Assembly: GCA_051942245.1 (NCBI GenBank)
Contig: JAVECL010000010.1
Location: forward strand, 62,001-120,855
Reading direction: 5' to 3'
Length of the DNA stretch: 58,855 nt
Source of the DNA: Trypethelium eluteriae
Taxonomy: Eukaryota
Of the stretch, positions 1-9,943 are shown piece by piece (the first letter of the stretch is position 1; each line of letters opens with the position of its first letter). The notes beneath the pieces are model-generated. The model made no database searches and had not been told where the DNA came from. It saw only the letters and a program-made list of their open reading frames with translations. A program made the position numbers and the translations under genes.

Positions 1-11
1 GATTGGCCTAC

Positions 12-142
12 TTCTCTTTCAATCCACCTCCAACGCCCGTACCTTTGCCCTGAACTGTCAGAGTAGCATCGCTGAAGCTCCAAGATGCGGCAGAGACAGC
101 GCTGGCACTTAGAAGAGCTACAGCTCCGTATAAAGTCCGCAT
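12..142 (-). CDS. First exon of oligosaccharyltransferase subunit ribophorin II/Swp1-like protein (gene continues off the window)
   Basis: Manual translation from ATG 142: MRTLYGAVALLSASAVSAASWSFSDATLTVQGKGTGVGGGLKEK, then a GTAGGC donor at 11. Signal peptide followed by a WxFxDAT..VQxKGxGVGGG segment recalled from Pezizomycotina ribophorin II N-termini. Not in the ORF track. Confidence 0.7.
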
Positions 143-961
143 GACGGCGAAAAAGATGGAGTTTTGCGAGTGATGGTGAAGACAGCAGCGATGAGAAGAG
201 CTTTTGGATGATGGAGCTACGTTGCCTGAAAAGGTGGTGTCGGGACCAGCCGAGTATCCCTGCCACCGAATCCTGGGCTGTCTCCGTTAACCTCAACAAG
301 ACAAAGGCTCTTCATGTCGCGTCAGAAAATGCAAGGCAATGGGTCTGATCAGCTATTAGAAGTCTAAAGTGCCCTTTAAGTGGCACGACGACTTCACGAA
401 ATGTTCATCAGCTTCGCGGGGATGGATGCTAGGCTCCGCCCTTGTGAAATCAAGCCTCTGCGTTAGACAATGCAGTAGGAAGCCTTGTGGCAGTAGAAAC
501 AGTGATGGACTTGCAAGGTATTCACAAAGTTGCGCTGTGGTTGTTCCCATGTTTGATGCCATTTCTGAGGACTTAATTGTGGAGTACGCTATGTTCAGTG
601 ACTTTCTATTTGCACCAACGTTAGCTTTTCCTTTCTTAACTGCTCGACGTTATAATTCCTCTCTTGTGCAGTAAAGTCGCTCGCCAGAACGGCCATCCTC
701 ATCGCACAGTCTTGTCGTATTCTTCTTCAATAACTCACAATATCCACCGCTCATATGCTCAATGCTTCCGGTTTTCTAGATCAGAAGGTTCTCTCGAGCA
801 AGCTATCTCGCACAAACCTTTTGCAGTTGACACTTAACTGGAAGCTTTTCGCATCACCAGATCTGTCTTGAAGCGATGACATCTATTGAAGGCATCAAGC
901 ACCAGAAATTCCGGCAACCAAATACTCTAAGCACGCATGACCGACCTTGAGCGCCACAGCG

Positions 962-2002
962 ATGGAAGGTCATAAGATTGACCCATACCATCCAGCGCAC
1001 GCCTCTGAAATTGCTAGCCGAAAAGACAGTGATATGTCAAGCAGTATCGAGCATGGCACGGATCCTCCTGATCACTGTACATCCTTTCCGACAAACCCCG
1101 ATGGCAGTACGCCAAGATCTGGCCACGTCCATCAGTCCCCCGTGCAAAAGCTCAAAATCAAGGTAAGACAACCCACATCAAATGACAAAGAAGCATCCGA
1201 AGCGGTCTCACGGAAAAAACTACGTATCGCGACAACACAGGCAAGCTCTACGCCCCGGCGCAACCCCAACCGATCTCGCCGAAAGCAAGGATCTGCCAAC
1301 GATCACATCGAGCGGAAACACCCACAGAATGTGAGTTACGCTCACATCGACCTCCAAAAATCCCGACGGTGCGATGGCAACCTCGTCAACAAGACCAACG
1401 GTCAGGACTCGAAAATGCCACGGGGACAACCATTCCTAGCCAAGGCACAATCAAGGCTCACTCAACGAACGCTCAAACTTCTCGAACGCGGAGTCCTCCA
1501 ATCTGCGACCGACGCACCACAGATCGACACCGAGGTCGCAGAGGTCCTCTGGCACCTTGCCCAAGAATTCGAGAACCAATGGCATGACGGCACGCCCAAC
1601 CCGCTCGTTCATGACCCAGTCATCCGCGACCACTGCAAACGAACCATTGAGAACCTCCTCAAGGGCGGTGGTCCCGTGGTCAACAGCATGATTCCTACTA
1701 TCGAGTCCCGCAAGCTGTCGCAACTGTACTACAATTTGATCAGGCTTTCCGAGAAGGAATCTAAGAATGGCTCCGGGAATAATATGAGAGTGGCAGCGCG
1801 TGAAGGCATACAGAGAGGAGAGGCGGGCATGAGTTGGGCTAGTCTACCTGGAATGCGCTTCCGGTTCGGGGGGGAGGCATCCGGGTCATCCTCGATGGAT
1901 TTTAGAGCATTTCCTGCACGCAAAGCTGCTGAAGATGGAGAAGGTGCAAATGGGGAAGGGGATGTCGAGGAAATGGATGTTGTGGAAAGCGCATCAGTAT
2001 AG
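962..2002 (+). CDS. Hypothetical protein, largely disordered and basic with a short helical C-terminal region
   Basis: Long uninterrupted ORF (first ATG at 962, MEGHKIDPY...); K/R-rich patches; no recognised domain. Confidence 0.55.
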   Translation: MEGHKIDPYHPAHASEIASRKDSDMSSSIEHGTDPPDHCTSFPTNPDGSTPRSGHVHQSPVQKLKIKVRQPTSNDKEASEAVSRKKLRIATTQASSTPRRNPNRSRRKQGSANDHIERKHPQNVSYAHIDLQKSRRCDGNLVNKTNGQDSKMPRGQPFLAKAQSRLTQRTLKLLERGVLQSATDAPQIDTEVAEVLWHLAQEFENQWHDGTPNPLVHDPVIRDHCKRTIENLLKGGGPVVNSMIPTIESRKLSQLYYNLIRLSEKESKNGSGNNMRVAAREGIQRGEAGMSWASLPGMRFRFGGEASGSSSMDFRAFPARKAAEDGEGANGEGDVEEMDVVESASV

Positions 2003-3060
2003 ATCAATGTGACTTTCCTGACTGGTAGATTGAAGGATTAATGAGGATTTTGGTGTGGGAGACAACCTATACTCAAATGGAAAGGTTACTGACTATAATT
2101 TTCTGTGAGTGAATGCTCTCCGTTTCTCATGCTCTCCTGGGATGAGCTGCGTGTTTACAATGAATGTGGAATTCTAAGAAAATCTCGTCTATTAGATTTC
2201 CAAAAATAATAACAATCCTGTTCTGGCTACTGGTGCGATAATGAACCAAGTCCAGCATTACATTCGCGAGCTTAGCTTTGATAGACCACGGTATGCCTTA
2301 CGCTGTGAAATTCTCGTCTTGTGAAATGGAAAAGACTGAGTGAGGATGGTTGAGAACGCAGAGAGCAAAGAGCCGTGGCATGGATCTAATGATCCAGGGC
2401 TAGCTCCATTACTCTATGATCTGGAATTTACAGTTCTTTCGATTCATCAATTTGAGCGCATTGATACCCATCCCTCCTTTTTCTCATGGTCTCCCTTCAG
2501 GGCTGTTCTGTTCAAATTACCCCCGTCTGAATAGTGCTCAAAGTTCTGTTACCAAAATCTTCTTCTCCAAAAATAGGCGTGACAAAGAACATTCAGAATA
2601 TTGACAGCGGCGGGAGACTTGAAGCTGTCATGAGACTTTTCTGGAGTTGTTTGCCTTCATCACTGGGTCATCAAAAACAGCAGACACGGATAAGATGATG
2701 GAAAACCGCGGCCAAAACATAAAAAAAGACTGCAGAACACCAGACAGCATGACAGACAAATTATATGATAGATACTCTAAGCCGCATAGCGCTACCAGCT
2801 CGAATCAGATAAGTTTGAAGAAAACCATATGTACCACATCGATGTAACCATGTTGGTCGCGCTTGTGCAAGTAGGTATTAACCATGCAGGCACGCGGGTG
2901 CCAAAAAAACTGATACACGAAAATCTCCCCCACCATAGCTCCGCACCTAAATTTCTATGTAACTAGATGCTGCGCACAACGCCTAAATATTCGTAAATTT
3001 TCAGATATCTATGAAGCCATTCAGAGCTATTTTCGTGATGTATGACGTCAAAAAACCACA

Positions 3061-3088
3061 GTGCCTACGTGCCTACGTGCCTACGTGC
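3061..3088. repeat. GTGCCTAC x3.5 tandem repeat inside the transposon, downstream of the transposase stop
   Basis: gtgcctacgtgcctacgtgcctacgtgc read directly. Confidence 0.9.
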
Positions 3089-3101
3089 TTGCCTATCTGT
3101 C

Positions 3102-4232
3102 TCAATATCCTGTCATCTTGCCCTCACCTTGAGTGACTGCATCTAGTCGTTTAGGCATCTCGTCAACCCTAGGATTGATGAACCTAGGTGTAACCCTATC
3201 CCATGCCTCCTCTGCTATCTCCTTCGTGGTGTTGTTGTCCCAATGTGGGTACTTTTTGAGGGCTTGTTTTAGTGGCTGCCAGCAATTCTCAATGATAGAA
3301 AGGTCTGGGGATCCTGCGCAGTTGAAATAGTGCTTCATCTTAGCATCTTCCTTCCATTTCTGCACAGGACATCTTGCTCTATTCCTGCCTTTGTTGCCGT
3401 GACCTGAATCTCCATCTTTTTTAAGTATGAAATGATCACCTTTATCTAGCTATGGCTTCACAATAGGCTTAAGTATCTGCTTTAAATAGACCTCCTTTAA
3501 CATCTTCCCGTTCGTATTACCAGGCACATTATACCAAATCAGGTCTGTTTTGAAGTCCCATCCAACGGCAGCCCACGCGTGAAGGCGTTTGGAGTTAATA
3601 TTTAATGAAGTATCATCCTGTTCTTGGATACAGTCAAAACAGTATTGTTCACCTGGCTTTCTAATGATTCTTAGCTTCCCCTGTGGCCCTACACCCTAGT
3701 GGACCTTATCTGAGAAGCGTACAGGCCTCCAATCCTCTGGATTTGGATAGCGTTTAAGCATGACCTTCGCGTACTCCACACGCCTCTGTGCGAGATCTTT
3801 ATTCACCCAGCCCTTTCTGCATGCTATACACTTGTGGTAGTCCATTCGTCCCATAGCTCTTTGTATTGTACGGCTGGAAACATCAAGGCCACACTCATAA
3901 CCAAGCTGCTTCCACGTGAGGGCCTTCGCAGCGAAGCCTTCGTCCTCCAAAACCCTCTCCATTTCGCGGATCTCTCGTGGAGATATTAAGGGACGTCTGC
4001 CTCTATGTTCATCTTCATCCTGATTGTGGTGTCTACGCGGAGAACTGTCAGGGTGAAGCATCCTCCATCCAGTAGCGTGAGACACGTCAAAATGTCGAAA
4101 TACATCTGCCTTAGTGTGCTGAATATTATGAGCATTTAGATATTCGATAGCGCCTTTGACCTTAGCCTTCGTAGGTGATGTGAAATCAGGTTCCCCTAGA
4201 GCTTGTGTGCGTGCATTCTCTGCGATAGTAAT
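3102..4232 (-). pseudogene. Tc1-like DDE transposase pseudogene
   Basis: One frame with an HTH-like N-terminus, WRPVRFSD(K)VH, ILKKDGDSGHG and SPDLSIIENCW motifs. In-frame TAG stops at 3696-3698 and 3450-3452; no in-frame ATG at the expected start. Confidence 0.92.
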
Positions 4233-4708
4233 TTAGGTGGGGAGCTATGATGTGGTGAAATTTCTATGGTGCGGGGAGATTTTCGTGTATCAGTTTTTTT
4301 GGCACCCGCGTGGCAGGGCAGCCTCCCCTGGGCCGGACGATGGAGAATCTTCGGGACGCTTTCAAGTGTCACTGCAGGTCAAAATCTTGGCAAGATGTTG
4401 TTGAGCTTTGGTAAACAAGACTCCTTCTTTGCCACCGCGTTGCAGCGGAAGCAAATCTTTCCTTCGATCATGATTCCATAAGTGATGTGAAAAGTGTATC
4501 GAACCGGTAATATGTGCTCAAAATGACCGAAAGCCGTCGGACATCAGAGTCCTCGTTTATGTATATATACTCTATACTACTCATGATCCAGAAAGAAACT
4601 GTACTCGACGCCCCAGGCGCCCACGCTGATTATACAGGTTCCCCTCATACCTCGTATCTCTCACGGCCCAGAAGACTTGTCTTTACAGCTTTCATCAACA
4701 TCCCGCAC

Positions 4709-5909
4709 TTACCATGACGAGTGCCCGCCATCCATCCTCAAATCCGCACCGGTCAAGAAAGAGCTCGCGTCGCTCATCAAGAACACCGCAGCCCCACGAT
4801 ATTCTGCAGGTTTGCTCAGTCGGCCCAACATATTCTCCTGCGGCCAGTCACGCCGGCGCTCCGGATACTGCTCAAATAAGGCATCCACCATGTCAGTGAG
4901 AATATATCCCGGCGAGAGCGAGTTGACTCGAATGCTCTGGTGGGTAGGGGATGCGGATGGGCGGGCCGTATTGGCGGGGGAAGGCGGCAAGTTGCCCCAT
5001 TCGGAAGCTAGGTTACGAGCGAGTTGAAGAACAGCGGCTTTGCTGGAGTTGTATGCCGGACATATGAGACCCTATCACACTGCGATCAGCAATCGGGTGG
5101 AGGGGGTGCGAAAAAATTACGGAATAGGGAATACATACCCGGTTGGCGATGGTACCGCTCATGCTGCCGATGAGACAGATGCTGCCGCCCCGGCCGTACT
5201 TGATCATTTGACGGGCGGCTGCCTGAGCAGTCATGAAGACGCCAGTCACATTGATATGCAAGATATTGTCGATTTCCTCGGCGGGGTATTCAATGGCGGG
5301 GATTTCCTGCTGGATACCGGCTGCGGCAATGAGACCATCAAGACGACCGTGTTCATTTCCAATTGCCTCAACGATCTTGTTGAGGTTCGGCACGTCTCGA
5401 ACATCGATTCTGTGGTAGTGGAGAGATGTACCAAGCTCTTTGGCTCGTTTGGCAACTTCATGGAAGGCCGGTGAAGGCTCGGGTAGACGGTCAAGGGCAT
5501 GAACTGGAGGGTGAGATTAGCGACACGCTCATGCTCAAACAGTCAGAATACCAGTGTTCCTACCTGTTGCACCGGCTTCCAGCAACGCCTCTGCTTGGAC
5601 TAAGCCCAACCCTCGAGCAGCTCCAGATACCAGAATCACCTTGTCCTGCAAGCTGAACTCTGGCATGCGGGCGGGTGTGCCCAGGGCGATACTGCCACCA
5701 GATTCTGACATGTCTTTTGTGGTAGTGTGGGCTTTCCTAATTGCTAGATGACTGGCGGAGCTCTTCACCGGTCCACCAGAGATGCAGGGGGGCTCATGTC
5801 TAAAGCTCGTAGGTTTGACTCTGGAGGGTGCCAAAGCTGAGCAGGCGGTTGGTACACGCGTACAACTCCTCAAGGCACCAGATGTACGAGTACGTAAGTA
5901 AGTACTCAT
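4709..5909 (-). CDS. Short-chain dehydrogenase/reductase, D-arabinitol 2-dehydrogenase-like (3 exons)
   Basis: Spliced (introns 5504-5563 and 5072-5138): VSGAARGLG Rossmann motif, GSMSG catalytic Ser, AYNSSK (YxxxK), IRVNSLSPG and C-terminal DGGHSSW. Confidence 0.92.
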
Positions 5910-6922
5910 GATGGCTATAGTGTGTTGGGCTGGAGATAAACTGGGAATCGGGGTTGAACAACAAATATTCAAGAACTGGCTTCTGAGGAAATGTTTGAGA
6001 TTACGATGCTCTGGATCCGGAAGCTGTGATGCCAGGAGCAGGGGCGAAGAGGAGCAGGAAGAGGAGCAGCAAGAGAAGCAGCAAGTTACAATGAAGAAAG
6101 TAAAGAACAGGAGGAAGACAGAATTTTAGAGCGACGGAAACTTGAGAGCTGCTTGCTATGAATTGGTGCGAATCATTGGTTTGACCGAACAACTCACCTT
6201 ACCGCGTCATTATCCGTGACAGCCGTTTGGCACGAGACGCGGAACCTGGGGGGTTCTCACGCAATTCTTGGTTCCAAGCTTCCGGAAAGACCAATTTGGG
6301 CCTTGTATCGGCGCCTGGAGTTTCATGGCAGTCTTAGATGGCGACAAAAGTTCAGGGCGGGGGAATGCGGGGCCTTGAGATGAGCGAGCTCGGATTACCA
6401 GGATAGGCAATCCCCATCCGTCGCCCTGCGATAAGGCAGGGAAACTTGTCGTTGTCTGCCAAGAGCGTGGCAAAGGTAAGTACCTATCTACCTATAAGGT
6501 AAAGTAAAGCACTAGAGGTAGCACAGTCGGATCATGGCCGTGAGCTTTCAAAGCCCGAAGAAGGGGCAATCATGTGACCCGTCTCATGGACGTCACTTTG
6601 AGGTCAGACACGGGAAAGTTTGTTTTCTGCACATTGAAATCTGTGAAGTCCAGGAAATACGGCATATCGTCAGGGTTGGCAGACGGTCTGCTCACCGGTG
6701 GTACGATACGGTGATATAGTATGCGGGCTCGCAGATCTGAGCACGCAAGCTAGCTCCTAACGCCGCGGTCTCGAACCCTTATCGTAGTTGATGGGGATGG
6801 TGATTGTCCTGGAGATATCCAGACAGCGACGTCAAATCGCACACGGGTCTGTTTCGTTCCGATTTTTCTTTTGGGAATATCGCGCATTGCCGAGTCTTCT
6901 TGTTTGTTTCTTTTGATCTGCA

Positions 6923-8793
6923 ATGGAAACTGTAAGATCGACGATTACAGCTGTCACATCTCCCGTCGTAGATTCTCTCCTACCTTCTAGTAGACCCGCA
7001 AAGCCATGGCAAGAAGTTGCGAAAGAAGCACAAGAACATCGAGACCAAACGATAGCGGCTGTGCAACCTGATATCCCTAATGTACCCGACGAACTGCCTC
7101 TGAACGTGACCGCTATTCCAACCCAGCTGCTGACAGCCGAGGAACTCGAGATTACAGGGCAAACGGCAGAGCAACTGCTGCCAAAGCTTGCGAGCGGAAA
7201 ACTTAGTTCTGTCGCCGTGGTTAATGCCTTCTTGCGCCGCGCTGGACTCGCCCAAAAACTTGTCCGCAGTCCTCCCGAATTGCCAGAAAACCCAACTGAC
7301 CTGTTCCTATACAGACAAACTGTATCACGGAGCTGCTTCCTCATCGCGCCCTCTCCCGTGCCGCTTATCTCGACGATTACCTTGCCACTCATGGCCGTCC
7401 TATTGGGCCTCTCCACGGCCTTCCCATCTCCGTCAAGGAGCATATCGGCATCCGCGGACTTGACCTTAACGCAGGCTTCGTCTCCTGCCGTGGCGAGATC
7501 GCCTCGCAAACTGCGCATATTCTGCAAATCCTGCACAATGCCGGCGCGGTCTTTCATGCGCGGACGACGGAACCGCAGACGTTGATGCATCTGGAGACGA
7601 GCAGCAACCTCTATGGCGAGACTGTGAACCCGTTCAATCGGGCGTTGACGTGTGGAGGGAGCTCGGGGGGTGAGGGTGCGCTTCTGGCATTGAAAGGGAG
7701 CTGTTTGGGGATCGGGACGGATATCGGTGGCTCAATCAGGAGTCCGGCAGGCAATAACGGGGTTTATGGGCTGCGGCCGACGAGTTTCAGGTTACCGATT
7801 GATGGCTGGAAGGCAACCATGGCGGGGGCGGAGGCAATTATTCCCGTGATTGGACCTTTGAGTAGGAGTCTAGAGGGCCTTAAGATATTCATGACGGTTA
7901 TCTTAGATGCAAAGCCTTGGCTAAAAGAGCCAAGCCTAGTGCCATTTGGCTGGAGAGAAGGCTTGCAGGTTGGGTGGTTTGGATGGAGGAGCGAGAAAAG
8001 GAGGCTGAAGATTGCGGTGCTATGGGATGACGAGGTCGTGAAACCGCATCCTCCAGTGACAAGGGCTCTGAATGAGGTAGTCGAGAAGCTAAGGCACAAA
8101 GAGGGAATCACCATTGTGGACTGGAAACCGTTCAAACATGACCTAGCTTGGGATGTCGTGGCGTCTCTATACTTCTGCGACGGTGCAGCAGATGAGTCCT
8201 CTTGCATCAATGCGTCCGGAGAGCCATGGCGTCCACTTTCGAACTTCATCATCACAGACAATGCTCATGTGAAAGAGCATACTATCTTTTCTCTCTGGGA
8301 ATGGACCATTAAACGCGAGGAGTACAAATCCAAATATGCTGAGCTTTGGAATCAGACAGCATCAAATTACAAAGCACCACTGGAGAGCGTCAAGGATGAG
8401 GATGCGACTCACAAGCAAACAGAAGAAGTCTATGAAGAGCTCCGAGACATGGTCGACGTCATCCTCTGTCCTGTTGGTCCAGGTGCTGCACCTCCGCTTG
8501 ACTGCGCCAGGTATTGGGGCTATACTTCGCAATGGAATTTGTTGGATTATCCCGCTGTCGTCTTCCCTGCCATTCAGGCTGACCCAGAGATCGACAAGGC
8601 TGACGAGGGGTATATCTCCCGGAATGAGCAGGACGAGTATAACCACAAGCTTTACGAGCCGGAGGAATATCGTGATGCACCTGTCTCGCTCCAATTGGTA
8701 GCAAGGAGATACGAAGATGAGAAGGTCATGGAGGCATTGGAGATAATCAGGGGAACTATCGATTTGCCGTTCTCGAAGGGCTTGTCAGACTGA
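6923..8793 (+). CDS. Amidase signature family enzyme (acetamidase/general amidase-like), 2 exons
   Basis: Intron 7262-7314 joins AQKL to TNCITE. GPLHGLPISVKE, GGSSGGEGA and IGTDIGGSIR provide the Lys-cisSer-Ser triad motifs. Confidence 0.95.
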
Positions 8794-9111
8794 CTTTGAA
8801 AGCGTCCGAACCTGCATCTTGCTGTGCCAAACGCTTCTCTAGTAAAGGGGTGTATGCAGTGAAGCGTTTGTATGTAGTATATTGAACTAGCGCCTAGTCA
8901 TATTGCCCATCAAGGCCTTGAAGGGACGTGTAAAAATGAGTAAAGGAGACAGGTAGCAGCCATCGAGACGTTGGAAATTGCTATGGGCCTAACGATCTCA
9001 CCTGGAGGCGTATACGTAGATGGGACACGTGTTGGGACTCTATAGCAGCTCCCTGGACATCTAGTACGAGCGGTATGCTGTCCGAATCTCCCAAAGCCCT
9101 AATCTTTCTCT

Positions 9112-9147
9112 GCATGCGTAGGCCTGGCATGCGCAGGCCTGGCATGC
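9112..9147. repeat. 15-bp tandem repeat GCATGCG(T/C)AGGCCTG x2.4
   Basis: gcatgcgtaggcctg gcatgcgcaggcctg gcatgc read directly. Confidence 0.85.
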
Positions 9148-9386
9148 TTGCGCGAAACACCCCAATTGCCTACCCCGTCTTCCCGGTAGTTTTGTTAGCC
9201 ATCCCTCCTTCCCGAACGCCTCAGTCGCCTCATTGAAGCACTACTCTCGACTGCACGATCCACCTACGCCTCAATCATGGCGCGACTAATTCACAGCAGC
9301 ATGAAGCAGCATCCGATACTGGACGGATTTCTCAGCGCCTCGAGCATGACAGCTTGCTTGATGATCGTGTTGAGTTTGGGCTACGC

Positions 9387-9421
9387 CATGACGATCCACC
9401 GCATGACGATCCACCGCATGA
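9387..9421. repeat. 15-bp tandem repeat CATGACGATCCACCG x2.3
   Basis: catgacgatccaccg catgacgatccaccg catga read directly. Confidence 0.85.
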
Positions 9422-9943
9422 TTCTCTTTGGCGCTGTGCGGACGAGACCGATGATGTATGAGGTCATTCTTCGCGGAGGAGTGTTGCGCGACCCCTGTCT
9501 GAAGAAGTGAGAGCTGCAACCAGTATAGCGTATCTTGAGCTGCCTCTTAGTTCTCGCGATCCGGACTTCGTTCCATTGGATCCGAGACTGTCGCGACCGT
9601 TCCGCACTTCCGGCTGCGGTAATTATAGCAAGCTTTGCGCCTCTACGCCTCTCCACAGGCTAGGCGTATATCAGCTTCTGAACCAGCAGACTGGTTGTTG
9701 GCTTGTGTGACACTTGACTACCCATGTTGTTAGACATTGCAGCTTCAAGAAAAGACAGTAAGATTGGATCATGATATCTCAAAGCGTATTTTACATCACC
9801 CACAGTAGATTGCAGTCTTTGCTTACTTCGTGTCAAATGGAACTGCTTTCAGCTCATATGATAACATTGGTCTCAATCGAATTGCTTATCGCTTCTGCTC
9901 CATGTCTTTATTCCATTCAACAGGCCAGTTCTCTGCTGTTTCC

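Larger units (their letters stand above)
2891..4312 (-). mobile_element. Full-length ITm (Tc1/mariner superfamily) DNA transposon, 1422 bp, RIP-inactivated
   Basis: Perfect 40-bp TIRs (CACGCGGGTGCCAAAAAAACTGATACACGAAAATCTCCCC at 2891-2930 and its reverse complement at 4273-4312), an internal DDE transposase, and a flanking GCAGG direct repeat at 2886-2890 and 4313-4317. Confidence 0.95.

Noticed and set aside
2891..2911. RSS-like look of the TIR (CAC start plus A-tract) suggesting Transib/RAG identity
   Set aside because: The spacing does not fit 12/23 heptamer-nonamer rules and the transposase motifs are clearly ITm; treated as resemblance only.
6760..6790. GGTTCGAGACC B-box-like motif on the minus strand (possible tRNA)
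   Set aside because: No A-box, acceptor stem or cloverleaf could be built.
6832..7590. 252-aa antisense ORF
   Set aside because: Shadow of the amidase coding strand.
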